DNA from: Blastochloris viridis | Lineage (GTDB): Bacteria; Pseudomonadota; Alphaproteobacteria; UBA2136; UBA6156 | Assembly (NCBI GenBank): GCA_005768725.1 | Contig: VAFM01000002.1 | Span: forward strand, 342,924 to 374,923 | Direction of reading: 5' to 3' | Length of the DNA: 32,000 bases | In this document: one piece after another, positions 16,012-25,170 of the stretch | How the letters are laid out: each line of letters starts with the position of its first letter | How positions within the stretch are numbered: position 1 is the stretch's first letter | The notes under the pieces: model-generated | The model's input: only the letters and a program-made list of their open reading frames with translations | Told to the model about the DNA's origin: nothing | Databases searched by the model: none | Made by a program: the position numbers and the translations under genes

Positions 16012-17043
16012 ATGAACACGCCCAACCATATTCCTGCCGAAAAGTTTCAAACCGCCCTGCTGGGCTGGTATGCGCGCGGCCATCGCGCCATGCCGTGGCG
16101 CGATGAAAACGCCTCTCCCTACCACATCTGGCTGGCCGAAGTGATGCTCCAGCAAACCACCGTCACGGCGGTGATTCCCTACTACCAGCGTTTTCTGCAC
16201 CGCTTCCCCACCCTGCAAAGCCTGGCCGAAGCCCCGATCGACGACGTCCTCCAGCACTGGCAAGGCCTGGGCTATTACCGCCGCGCGCATATGCTGCATA
16301 AGTGCGCCCAGACACTCATGCGCGACCACAATGGCCAGTTTCCGGTTACCGAAGCCGAGCTGTTGAACCTCCCCGGCCTTGGCCCCTACACCGCCGCCGT
16401 CATCGCCGCCACCGCCTTCAACACAGCGGCCAATGTGGTCGATGGCAACGTCGAGCGCGTCATCTCCCGCCTCTACCGCGTGCAGCAAGAGCTTCCCGCC
16501 GCCCGCACCACGCTGCGCAACCTCGCCGACCACCTCGCTTCACCTGCCGAACCCCGCCTGTACGCAAACGCTATCATGGAACTTGGCTCGCAGGTCTGCA
16601 CCCCCACAACCCCGCAGTGCCTGCTCTGCCCGGTGGCGCAGTGGTGCGAGGCTAACCAGCATGGCGACCAGACCACCTACCCGCGCAAAGCCCCCAAAAA
16701 GCAAACCCCGCACCATACCGCCACCGCGTGGCTCATCACCGATGCGAGCGGCCATATCTACCTCCAGCAACGCCCCGCCACCGGCCTGCTGGCTTCGCTC
16801 TACGAACTCCCCCACAGTGGCTGGGAACCCAAATCCACCCCGCAACAGGCCCCGCTTATGCTGGAGACCCAAACCGAATGCGGCAGCATCACCCACGTCT
16901 TCAGTCATTTTAAACTGACGCTCAATCTGCTGCACACCGAAGTCACCAACATTCCCGCCGCCAACCGCTTCCACCCGGAGGCTCTGCCCGCGCTCTCCAC
17001 ACTCATGCGCAAGGCCCTCACCCACGCCCTCAAACAAACCTAA
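16012..17043 (+). CDS. mutY: A/G-specific adenine DNA glycosylase MutY
   Basis: LLGWYARGHRAMPWR, MLQQTTV, HhH GLGPYTA, 4Fe-4S loop CTPTTPQCLLCPVAQWC, and a C-terminal NUDIX-like domain. I prefer the ATG at 16012; the track start at 15850 overlaps the divergent gene. Confidence 0.92.
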   Translation: MNTPNHIPAEKFQTALLGWYARGHRAMPWRDENASPYHIWLAEVMLQQTTVTAVIPYYQRFLHRFPTLQSLAEAPIDDVLQHWQGLGYYRRAHMLHKCAQTLMRDHNGQFPVTEAELLNLPGLGPYTAAVIAATAFNTAANVVDGNVERVISRLYRVQQELPAARTTLRNLADHLASPAEPRLYANAIMELGSQVCTPTTPQCLLCPVAQWCEANQHGDQTTYPRKAPKKQTPHHTATAWLITDASGHIYLQQRPATGLLASLYELPHSGWEPKSTPQQAPLMLETQTECGSITHVFSHFKLTLNLLHTEVTNIPAANRFHPEALPALSTLMRKALTHALKQT

Positions 17044-17044
17044 A

Positions 17045-17064
17045 AAGGCCGCTTACGCGGCCTT
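17045..17064. terminator. Hairpin between convergent mutY and the aminotransferase gene
   Basis: AAGGCCGC-TTAC-GCGGCCTT, with an A5 run to the left (a T-run for the minus strand). The stop codon of the minus-strand gene lies in the loop. Confidence 0.5.
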
Positions 17065-17943
17065 GGAATGGTCATCTCCACACTCCTGCGCCACACGCGC
17101 CGTAAACGCCTCCCGCAAGGCTCTGAACACCGGCGTCTGGGTCCGGTCATCACCGCCCGGCAGTACAACGTCGTTCAGGCTGCGCACCGGCACCATCTCG
17201 GCAATGCTGCCGCTGGTAAAGGCTTCGGTCGCACCGGCCAGTTCCGCCACGGTCACATCCCGCACCTCGGTGGCAATACCCAATTCCGCCGCCAACTCCA
17301 GAATCACACCGCGCGTGATCCCTTCCAGCATGCCGCTCTTGGCGGTAACAAGCTTATCGTTGATCACCGCAAAGAAGTTGCTGCGCGTAGCCTCGGTTAC
17401 AAAGCCCTGCGGAGTCGTGAACAGCACATCGTCATACGCCGTACCGGCACGCTTGGCCGCCACGTACCCGATGCCGTAATTCGCAGTCTTCACCTCCGGC
17501 AGTTCGCGGATCGCATCCACGCTCTTCAGGTTCTGGCCGCGCACATGGTTCTCCATGCCATACGCCGCCTGCGGGTGCTTCATGGTCACCGCATCTTCCA
17601 GAATATACAACTGCGGCGCAAAGTTCGTACACGCGGCCAGAGACAATCCCGATGGTGCCCCGCACTCCCCCGCCGTCACATACAGCTTCACCGCACTGTG
17701 CGGATAGGTATGCTGGGCCATCAACGTGGCAATCTGCTGCTCCAGCTCGGCCCGACTGAAGGGTAGTTCAATCCCCATCACCGCACACCCGCGCTCCAAG
17801 CGGTCAAGGTGCGGCCCCATCCGGAACGGCGTGCGCCCATACACGCGGAACAGTTCAAACACGGTAATCCCGCGCGCAAAGCCAAAATCACCCAGCGTCA
17901 CCGTGGGTTTGTCCGCCGTTAAAACACCGTTCACCATATACAT
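17053..17943 (-). CDS. Class IV (fold type IV) PLP aminotransferase (branched-chain / D-amino-acid aminotransferase or ADC-lyase family)
   Basis: TEATRSNFFAV...LEGITRGVILELAAELG...EAFTSGSIAEMVPV. Start is ATG 17943 or 17937, downstream of the epimerase stop. Confidence 0.85.
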   Translation of the reverse strand: MYMVNGVLTADKPTVTLGDFGFARGITVFELFRVYGRTPFRMGPHLDRLERGCAVMGIELPFSRAELEQQIATLMAQHTYPHSAVKLYVTAGECGAPSGLSLAACTNFAPQLYILEDAVTMKHPQAAYGMENHVRGQNLKSVDAIRELPEVKTANYGIGYVAAKRAGTAYDDVLFTTPQGFVTEATRSNFFAVINDKLVTAKSGMLEGITRGVILELAAELGIATEVRDVTVAELAGATEAFTSGSIAEMVPVRSLNDVVLPGGDDRTQTPVFRALREAFTARVAQECGDDHSKAA

Positions 17944-17971
17944 CGCAGCCACTTTTTTGTTTCTTAAAACT

Positions 17972-18901
17972 CTAAGACAACCACTGGCGCAAACCTGTTG
18001 CCAGATCCACCGGTTTCCACCCTGGGAATATTTGCCGCAGCAAGCTGATATCCGCACAGCTCAGCTTCACATCACTTTTGCGCGCCGGGCGATATTCCAC
18101 ACGGGGGTTCACACGCTTGATGGAAACGACCTGCCGGATGGTATCCAGCAGAGTAATCGCAATCCCGCTGCCCACATTCAGCACCCACGGCAACTCCACG
18201 GTCACAGGCGCCTGTACTAAGCCGCGGATAATCATCGCCACATCATGCACCGACACCAGATCCCGCGTCTGGCTGCCGTCGCCGTAAATCGTCAGCAACG
18301 TACCATTGGTCACGCTGTCCACCACCTTACTCAGCAAACCGCTATAACCGCCGTTCTCATCCTGTCCCGGCCCGTAGGCATTGAAGATCCGCAGTGTCGT
18401 CAACTTCAGGCCATACACATCCTTGTACATCCGCGCCAGCACTTCCCCGGCACGCTTGCTGGCGGCATAGGGGTTATTCAGGCTGACATTTCCGGCGTCT
18501 TCTTCCTTCACCGCACCATCGCTCAGGTTACCGTACACGGCGGCACTGCTGGCATAGATCACGCGGCCCCGCAGTTTCATGCGGCGCGCCGCTTCCAGCA
18601 CATGGAAGGTGCCCTGCACATTGGTAAGGTATACCTTGTCCGGGTTATCCAAGGCCTGCGGAATACTCACTATCGCGGCCAGATGGATCACGTGGTCGCA
18701 GCCCTGCATGGCCTTTTCCACCGTGGCCATATCGCTCACATCACCCTTGATGAACTCCATCTGGTTACCATGCGGAATCGCCTCGCGCTTGCTGGTGCTC
18801 AGATCATCCAGCACCACAATGTTATGGCCGCCAGCCACAAGCGCACGCACCACATAACTGCCGATGAACCCCGCACCACCCGTTACCAGAATCTTCGCCA
18901 T
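17972..18901 (-). CDS. NAD-dependent epimerase/dehydratase (UDP-sugar 4-epimerase-like)
   Basis: VTGGAGFIGS Rossmann motif; catalytic YAASKRAGE (YxxxK). Confidence 0.88.
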   Translation of the reverse strand: MAKILVTGGAGFIGSYVVRALVAGGHNIVVLDDLSTSKREAIPHGNQMEFIKGDVSDMATVEKAMQGCDHVIHLAAIVSIPQALDNPDKVYLTNVQGTFHVLEAARRMKLRGRVIYASSAAVYGNLSDGAVKEEDAGNVSLNNPYAASKRAGEVLARMYKDVYGLKLTTLRIFNAYGPGQDENGGYSGLLSKVVDSVTNGTLLTIYGDGSQTRDLVSVHDVAMIIRGLVQAPVTVELPWVLNVGSGIAITLLDTIRQVVSIKRVNPRVEYRPARKSDVKLSCADISLLRQIFPGWKPVDLATGLRQWLS

Positions 18902-18913
18902 ACTATTGTTCTC

Positions 18914-20005
18914 CTACTTCGCCAGCCCGTCGGCAATCGCATGGGCGGTCGCAGGCCATGTAAACAGCTTGGCACGTTCACGGCCTTTCTTGCGCAGGGC
19001 CTCCGCCACGGTCGGGTTCTCTAAAACCCCGAACATCGCCACCCCAAAGGCCGAGGCCACATCGCCGCCCTTGTCCACCGGCACCAGCACACCGGCGCTG
19101 TCCACAAACTCGCGTGCATGAGGGCGGTCAGCCGCCACGACCGGCACCCCGGCGGTCATCGCTTCCAAAAGCGGTATCTGCACGGTTTCGGCCTGGCTGG
19201 TACTCACAAACACCGCGGCACGGTCCAGCACCTGCATCAGCTTGTCATGCGGCATGCCGCCGGTCAGGGTTACGGTCTGGCTCAACTTCAACTCCCGCAC
19301 CAGCGCGATCACTTCGTCACGCACCCGGGTATCCACCGGCCGCCCGATGATCATCAACCGGCTGCTTGGGCGCTGCGCATACAGCACCGCAAACGCACGC
19401 ACCAGCAGCGGGTAATCCTTCTGGGCATAAAAATCACCGATCGACACCACCAGATGCGGATCACGCGCCACTCCCATCTCATCGCGCACGGTAATCGCAG
19501 GCGGCGCCACACGTACCTTACGCGCCATCTTCGGACCCGCAAAATCCGCAATCACATGATGCGCCACACTGAACGCCCGCGGCGCGTTCCAGAGGCTCAC
19601 CTGCGTCAAAATCTTCAGCACCTTCCAGTACAGCTTCATGCCCGTGCTCTGCGCCTGTTCACCCGCCCGCACCGTGCTATGTAAAATCGGAATACTCCGC
19701 CACGCCAGCAGCGGCGTGTAATTGGCATTACAGAGTATCGTTCTGGCCCCCCAGCGCCACGCCTTCCACGGCAGCACCAGTTGTTCCCATACATGCCCCT
19801 TGGCAAATCCCATCTGCGGTGCCACCTGCACCTGTACATTGGCAGGCACCCAGCCTCCCTCCAGCGTCTTGGCTGGCGCCAGAAGAATCCAGTGAAAACG
19901 GGTATCCTTGGCCAGCTCCGGCAACACGCCACGCAGATACGTGACACCGCCACCGGTAGTGGTATGCAGGGCATTGAACAGGATGGTCTCAGGCCGCTTG
20001 GGCAT
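18914..20005 (-). CDS. Glycosyltransferase family 4 (GT-B, GT1 domain)
   Basis: C-terminal ETVQIPLLEAMTAGVPVV (E-x7-E). The ATG at 20005 overlaps the rnhB 3' end by 17 nt; the GTG at 20035 is an alternative. Confidence 0.85.
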   Translation of the reverse strand: MPKRPETILFNALHTTTGGGVTYLRGVLPELAKDTRFHWILLAPAKTLEGGWVPANVQVQVAPQMGFAKGHVWEQLVLPWKAWRWGARTILCNANYTPLLAWRSIPILHSTVRAGEQAQSTGMKLYWKVLKILTQVSLWNAPRAFSVAHHVIADFAGPKMARKVRVAPPAITVRDEMGVARDPHLVVSIGDFYAQKDYPLLVRAFAVLYAQRPSSRLMIIGRPVDTRVRDEVIALVRELKLSQTVTLTGGMPHDKLMQVLDRAAVFVSTSQAETVQIPLLEAMTAGVPVVAADRPHAREFVDSAGVLVPVDKGGDVASAFGVAMFGVLENPTVAEALRKKGRERAKLFTWPATAHAIADGLAK

Positions 20006-20636
20006 CGGGGGCGCTCTCGTCTTGTTGTCCCACACCTAGCATATCACGTACCGGAGCGAAACTACGCCGATGCCATTCCGTAACCCCATGATGCTTAAGC
20101 GCATCCATATGCACGGCCGTCCCGTATCCCGCATTCTTGGCCCAACCATACGCCGGGTAGGTTTCCCCCAGTTTCGCCATCAACGCATCGCGGTACACCT
20201 TGGCGATGATGCTCGCGCACGCCACCGCCAGCTCCTTGCCATCGCCGCCGATCACACACTGCTGCGGCACGTTCAGCCCCGGAATCTTGGCATTGCCATC
20301 CACCACCACCGCGCCGTGCGGCACTTGGCTAAGCGCCCGCGTCATCGCCAGAAACGTCGCATTCCGGATGTTCAGTTCATCAATCTCGGCCACACTCGCC
20401 TCACCGATCCCGATGCGGCACCCTTCCCGCACCAAGGCCTCCACCATCACACGCTTTTTGGCAGATAAAACCTTACTGTCCCCCGCCACCGTTAACAATG
20501 CCTCGCGCACCGCAGCAGGCACCACAACCGCCGCAGCCACTACCGGACCGGCCAAAGGCCCACGGCCAACCTCATCCACCCCGGCCACCAAAATCCCGTC
20601 GCCAAAACCCCGCGCAAATGTATCATCCAAAGCCAT
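19989..20636 (-). CDS. rnhB: Ribonuclease HII
   Basis: GVDEVGRGPLAGPVVAAAVV and DSKVLSAKKR motifs. Confidence 0.93.
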   Translation of the reverse strand: MALDDTFARGFGDGILVAGVDEVGRGPLAGPVVAAAVVVPAAVREALLTVAGDSKVLSAKKRVMVEALVREGCRIGIGEASVAEIDELNIRNATFLAMTRALSQVPHGAVVVDGNAKIPGLNVPQQCVIGGDGKELAVACASIIAKVYRDALMAKLGETYPAYGWAKNAGYGTAVHMDALKHHGVTEWHRRSFAPVRDMLGVGQQDESAPDAQAA

Positions 20637-20727
20637 AACCTCATCTTTCCTAAATCTATGCCGCTGGCATTCTTCTTGGTGCGAGATACGAGCGAAGCGC
20701 GTTCATCTCGTAGCGCCAACCACCCAT

Positions 20728-20861
20728 CCGGCACGAAGCGACGTCGCCCCCGCGCGCGAGGCTATAAACGGCTATCCCGGTGCTTTTCCGGAAGGCGCCG
20801 TGTACAGGAAAAGGGTACATAAGCCATCCGGAAAAGTGCTGGGGAGCGTTTTAGCCCGCGC
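20728..20861 (+). repeat. Hairpin-repeat family copy B (long form, best folded) between slt and rnhB
   Basis: Nested stems: GCGCGAGGCTATAAACG/CGTTTTAGCCCGCGC, GCTTTTCCGGA/TCCGGAAAAG, GGC/GCC and TGTAC/GTACA. It ends 2 nt from the slt stop codon. Confidence 0.8.
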
Positions 20862-20863
20862 CT

Positions 20864-22888
20864 CTACTTAAGCGCCGTCTTACGGTTTCCATTATATTGA
20901 AGCGGCCAGTACCCGTCGGCCAACGCCGCCAAACTCCACGGCGTCTGCTTCATGCGCTGCTGGTACAACCAGTAGTTGGCAAACACCTTCTCCACATAAT
21001 CGCGGGTTTCATCAAACGGAATGCTTTCCAGCCACAGCATCGGGTCATGGCCCGGTGTCACGCCGCGCTCCAGCCAACGGCGCACGTTGCCAATACCCCC
21101 GTTGTACGCGGCCACCACCAACAACTGGTTACCGTCCAGTTTGTTATTCAGGTAATGCAGATAATCCTGCGCCAAGCCTAAGTTCGTCTCCGGGTCATGC
21201 AGATCAGCACGGGCGGGCAGGCTCTTACCGCTCAGCTTCGCAATGTACTTGGCGGTGGCTGGCATCAGCTGCATCAGGCCTTGGGCCCCCACACGGCTCC
21301 CGATCTGCGGGTTGAACGCGCTTTCCTGACGCATGATCCCCACCATCAGCGGACGGTCATACGTCCAGCCACCTTTCGGAGACCACTCTTCCGCCAGCGG
21401 GAACAACGCCGCCGGCATCACGGTGCCTTCTTCTTTAAGCTGCTTACCAGCGTACAACGCAGTGGCGGGCAGGCCCATGCGCACGGCAGCTGCCGCCAGC
21501 GTGCGGGTCGCCTGATAAGGCAGATCTTCATAGGCGGCACGCAACTGACGCTGCGCCATATCCACTTCCCCGATCTGTGCCAGCGCCAAACCACGACGGG
21601 CCGCCTTCACACGGGTCAACTGGTCAAAGCCGCGCGCATCCACATGGGGTACATCCCAATCCAGGCGCTGCGCTTTACCCAGCTTGGCGGCACTCAATTG
21701 ACCATAAAAACTCAACGGGTCACGCGCACCGGCTTCCAGCAGCGCCTTGGCACGGCTGTCCTGCTTCAGCTCGCTGTGAACACGTGCACCCCAGAACGCC
21801 GCACGCGCACTGTGGGTACCGGTCGCGGGCTCTTCACGCACCAGTTGGCTCCACTGTTCAGCTGCCGCGGTTTTGTTGCCCAGCATGTAGTGGCCATACC
21901 CGGCCAGCCAGCGGGCGTCGTCACGGTTTGGCCCCTTGGCGGTGCTGGCAGGCTCGGCCACACGCACCATCTCTTTCCACATGCGCTTGCCATGGTAAAA
22001 ATCAGCGATACGTACCAGCTCGCCCTGCCATTTGTCATCCCCGGCGGCACTGCGCACGCCGGACTGCAACATCACATCAGACGCTTCGCCATACTTACCC
22101 TGACCCCGCAGGCGCCAGCTCTGGCCCAATGCAGCACGCCCGGCCGCCGGCAACTTGGCCAGATCACCGGCCCGCGCCGCTTCCTGAGCAGCCCGGGTCG
22201 CTTCACGCTTTTCCATCACAAGGGTCTTTACCGGCATCGGCCCGTATTCGCCTTGTATCGAGCAACTTTGCTGGTCCACCTTCTTGCTGACCATCTTGCC
22301 GGTCTTCTTGTCTTTAACCTTCTTGGTCACCTGCTTGGTCTTGCACACGCGCTTGGGTGTTGCGCGCTTGGCCAGTGCTTCGTCGTACACCGCAGCCGCC
22401 ATCGGCAGGTCGCGGTAATCCTTCAACCAGCCATTCAGTTCACTGAACGTCGCACCGCGCTTGTTCATCAGATACAACCCGCGCACTTCGCCCAGCAGCA
22501 GGTTGTCCTCCACTTTCAGATTCGGAAATTCCCCACGCCGTGCACGGCTCATCGCTTCACGGTAAGCCTTGGCATCGCTGTTGCTCAGCACTTTCATGCC
22601 GCTGGCCGAAACCGCACGGGTTTCTGTTTTCTCAGTTTTCTGCGCTTTGGCAACCGGCGCGACAATTGCTTCCTTGCCGGTCACGCCTTCGCCGTCGGCC
22701 AGTTCATCACGTACTTCGTCCTTGATCTGCTCAGCACGCTCACCCAACAGGTCGGAAGACGGCGCATCCTCGTCACCCGCCGCCGGTTCAATCGCCGCAA
22801 GGCTCTGGTCATTGGCCGTGCCGCCCTGCATATCGGCGTAACCGACCGGTACCACCAGTAACGCTGCCAACAAACTCCACCGGATCAT
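20864..22888 (-). CDS. slt: Soluble lytic murein transglycosylase (Slt70-like)
   Basis: Signal peptide, a long superhelical N-terminal region, and the C-terminal SLT domain IMRQESAFNPQIGSRVGAQGLMQLMPATA. Confidence 0.9.
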   Translation of the reverse strand: MIRWSLLAALLVVPVGYADMQGGTANDQSLAAIEPAAGDEDAPSSDLLGERAEQIKDEVRDELADGEGVTGKEAIVAPVAKAQKTEKTETRAVSASGMKVLSNSDAKAYREAMSRARRGEFPNLKVEDNLLLGEVRGLYLMNKRGATFSELNGWLKDYRDLPMAAAVYDEALAKRATPKRVCKTKQVTKKVKDKKTGKMVSKKVDQQSCSIQGEYGPMPVKTLVMEKREATRAAQEAARAGDLAKLPAAGRAALGQSWRLRGQGKYGEASDVMLQSGVRSAAGDDKWQGELVRIADFYHGKRMWKEMVRVAEPASTAKGPNRDDARWLAGYGHYMLGNKTAAAEQWSQLVREEPATGTHSARAAFWGARVHSELKQDSRAKALLEAGARDPLSFYGQLSAAKLGKAQRLDWDVPHVDARGFDQLTRVKAARRGLALAQIGEVDMAQRQLRAAYEDLPYQATRTLAAAAVRMGLPATALYAGKQLKEEGTVMPAALFPLAEEWSPKGGWTYDRPLMVGIMRQESAFNPQIGSRVGAQGLMQLMPATAKYIAKLSGKSLPARADLHDPETNLGLAQDYLHYLNNKLDGNQLLVVAAYNGGIGNVRRWLERGVTPGHDPMLWLESIPFDETRDYVEKVFANYWLYQQRMKQTPWSLAALADGYWPLQYNGNRKTALK

Positions 22889-22891
22889 ACG

Positions 22892-23614
22892 TTAGTCCCC
22901 TTTATTGTTAGGAATAGAAGATTCGCCCCACGCCAGCAGGTGCTGCCAGGCCAAGCGCTTGAACAGCGGCTGCTTGAGCAGAAGATCAAGCGGATAGGTC
23001 ACACCCACCGCGGCCTCTAGGCCCAACCGGTCAGCACCGCCAGCCGCATGCCAGCCTTCCACGCCTAGGTTGCGACCCAGTAAAACGCCCAACGGTCCCT
23101 GCCCCATCACCAGCACCTGACCCGCACCGGCCGCAGACACTTCGGCACGCAGCATCTCCGCCGCCGCCTTACCTTCGTAACCGATAAATCCGAGCACCTT
23201 GTCCTTCAAACCGACTGACGCCAGCATCGCTTTCGCCAGCTGCTGGCAACGCTCATCGGGCATGTCGCCCTGCACCACCATCACCACATCGGCCTTCTCG
23301 GCTTCACGCCACACACGGGCCGGAATCTCCGCCACAACCGGCGGCGCCTTGCGCACCGGCTTGGCCTGACTGCTCAGCGGACTATCCGGCAGCAGCGGAG
23401 CATAAATCGGCTTCGGTGCCTCCTCCACCTCCACACCGACCGACGCCGGACGGGCTTCAACAGAAGCTGGCTCAACAGGCTTGGAAGGATTTTTAGCAGA
23501 GGCCAGCCAGTCGAACGGACTGTCACTTAATTCGGAGGTAACGCCCGCCAAAGCAAGATCCAGCACGGCAATAGCCTGCGGAACCCCGGCAATAACGGAT
23601 GAATCTCCCCTCAT
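22892..23614 (-). CDS. Hypothetical protein with a degenerate uracil-DNA-glycosylase-superfamily-like C-terminal half
   Basis: VVMVVQGDMPDERCQQLAKAMLASVGL ... VTYPLDLLLKQPLFKRLAWQHL parallels UDG family 4 (GEAPG..ED ... HPS.LLR.P..K..AW.DL), but the catalytic motif is replaced. Pro/Ala-rich linker. 3-nt gap to slt. Confidence 0.4.
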   Translation of the reverse strand: MRGDSSVIAGVPQAIAVLDLALAGVTSELSDSPFDWLASAKNPSKPVEPASVEARPASVGVEVEEAPKPIYAPLLPDSPLSSQAKPVRKAPPVVAEIPARVWREAEKADVVMVVQGDMPDERCQQLAKAMLASVGLKDKVLGFIGYEGKAAAEMLRAEVSAAGAGQVLVMGQGPLGVLLGRNLGVEGWHAAGGADRLGLEAAVGVTYPLDLLLKQPLFKRLAWQHLLAWGESSIPNNKGD

Positions 23615-23671
23615 ACGCCAAGTATAAGCACATTCAGCCTCAAAACCCAGCTTTTAAGCGCAGCAAAGCCG

Positions 23672-23700
23672 CAAAAAAAGGCGGCCTCAGCCACCTCTTT
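23672..23700 (-). terminator. Rho-independent terminator after rplS
   Basis: On the minus strand, AGGTGGC-TGAG-GCCGCCT (one G:U pair) is followed by T7. Confidence 0.6.
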
Positions 23701-23729
23701 TTAAGCTTTCAAACGCTTAGGCCGTAACC

Positions 23730-24167
23730 TTAAGCGTTGGTGCTTTCAGCCTTATCAGCTTCCGCAGCCGGAGCAGTCTTGGCAGACTCAGCGGAACCGG
23801 CAGCCGGAACCAGCTTGCGGGCCTTTTCAGCAATACGGGCAGCCTTACCGGTCAAGCCACGCAGGTAGTACAGCTTGGCACGACGCACTTCACCGCGACG
23901 CATAACTTCAATCTTTTCCAGAACCGGGCTGTACAGCGGGAATACGCGCTCAACACCTTCACCGAAGGAGATTTTGCGAACGGTAAAGCTGCTACCGATG
24001 TTCTTGTTGTGACGGGCGATGCACAGGCCTTCAAAAACCTGAACGCGGCTCTTGTCGCCTTCTTTAACCTTAACGTGAACGCGCAGGGTGTCGCCGGCGG
24101 CAAAGTCCGGGATGCTGGCGTTGCGAGCTTCCATGCTCTCTTTGTTCAGTTGCGCGATGATATCCAT
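23730..24167 (-). CDS. rplS: 50S ribosomal protein L19
   Basis: [63 protein letters not shown], plus an Ala/Glu-rich C-terminal tail. Confidence 0.95.
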   Translation of the reverse strand: MDIIAQLNKESMEARNASIPDFAAGDTLRVHVKVKEGDKSRVQVFEGLCIARHNKNIGSSFTVRKISFGEGVERVFPLYSPVLEKIEVMRRGEVRRAKLYYLRGLTGKAARIAEKARKLVPAAGSAESAKTAPAAEADKAESTNA

Positions 24168-24242
24168 AGCGTTTCTCTCCTCATTCCAACACAGGCATTC
24201 ACGGTTAATTTACAGAATTCACTCAGAATTCCCACCGTCAGA

Positions 24243-24298
24243 GGCATATGCGGCAGCCCCTCAGGGCAGCGGTCTGAAGGGGGAAGTACCGCATATCC
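24243..24298 (-). other. Long nested hairpin in the trmD-rplS spacer (candidate leader or processing element)
   Basis: ATATGCGG (24246-24253) pairs with CCGCATAT (24289-24296). Inside it, CCCCT/AGGGG and CAG/CTG pair around a 9-nt loop. Confidence 0.4.
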
Positions 24299-24331
24299 CC
24301 CCCATTCGCAAGCACTTTTTGCAAAAAGCGC

Positions 24332-25027
24332 CTACTTCAGCTTCGCCGTCCGGCGCTTCGCCTCCGCCAAACGCCATTTCCGAATTTCCCCATGATTCCC
24401 ATTTCGCAGAACCTCAGGCACATCCTTACCTTCCCAGCTGACCGGCCGCGTATAATGCGGATACTCCACCAGCGGAGCCCCCGCTTCATCGACAATATCA
24501 AAGCTTTCCTCATGAAGGCTGGCATCACCCCCCAGCACGTTGGGCAACAGGCGCACCACGGCATCAACCACCACCATCGCCGCATTCTCACCGCCCGAAA
24601 GCACAAAATCACCCACCGAAACCACCTCGTCCACCTCGGCCTCCAGCACGCGCTCGTCAACCCCCTCATAGTGGCCGCACAGCACGATCAACCCCGTGCC
24701 TTCGGCAAAACGGCGCGCGGTGGGTTGCACAAAGCGCTGCCCTGCCGGGCCCATGTAAACCGTCTTCGCCCCAGGGTTCTCAGTCTTGGCGGCACGCAGG
24801 GCGGCCGCCACGATATCCGGCTTCAACACCATCCCGGCACCGCCACCGTAAGGGGTATCGTCCACGGTCTTGTGCTTGTCGTGGGCAAAGTCGCGCAGAT
24901 TCACGACCTTCAGGTCCCACGCCCCGGTTTTAAGCCCGCGGCCCAGCACACTCATGCCCAGCAAACCCGGAAAAGCCTCGGGGAACAACGTCACGATCGT
25001 CACGGTAAAGGGTGTTTTCATATCCAT
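24332..25027 (-). CDS. trmD: tRNA (guanine37-N1)-methyltransferase TrmD
   Basis: TLFPEAFPG, DDTPYGGGAGMVLKP, LVLCGHYEGVDERV and SVGDFVLSGGE motifs. Confidence 0.95.
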   Translation of the reverse strand: MDMKTPFTVTIVTLFPEAFPGLLGMSVLGRGLKTGAWDLKVVNLRDFAHDKHKTVDDTPYGGGAGMVLKPDIVAAALRAAKTENPGAKTVYMGPAGQRFVQPTARRFAEGTGLIVLCGHYEGVDERVLEAEVDEVVSVGDFVLSGGENAAMVVVDAVVRLLPNVLGGDASLHEESFDIVDEAGAPLVEYPHYTRPVSWEGKDVPEVLRNGNHGEIRKWRLAEAKRRTAKLK

Positions 25028-25067
25028 ACCAGCTCCTTACCATGCACCTCGCTTTGCCGCTACCCCC

Positions 25068-25096
25068 TTGCCATGGCAGGCCACGGCTCCTATATG
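25068..25096 (+). promoter_or_regulatory. Candidate sigma70-type promoter for the first receiver-like gene
   Basis: TTGCCA, 17-nt spacer, TATATG; about 75 nt upstream of the ATG at 25171. Confidence 0.3.
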
Positions 25097-25170
25097 CCAC
25101 CCACTGACCTCATGAAGAGTTAGTTTTTCCGCCCTTTTCCGCAACGCATGTCCTTCACGAGGAGAAACCC

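Noticed and set aside
21197-22861. 554-aa plus-strand ORF across the slt gene
   Set aside because: Antisense shadow ORF, His/Arg/Thr-rich and without motifs. The opposite strand encodes a clear SLT-domain protein.
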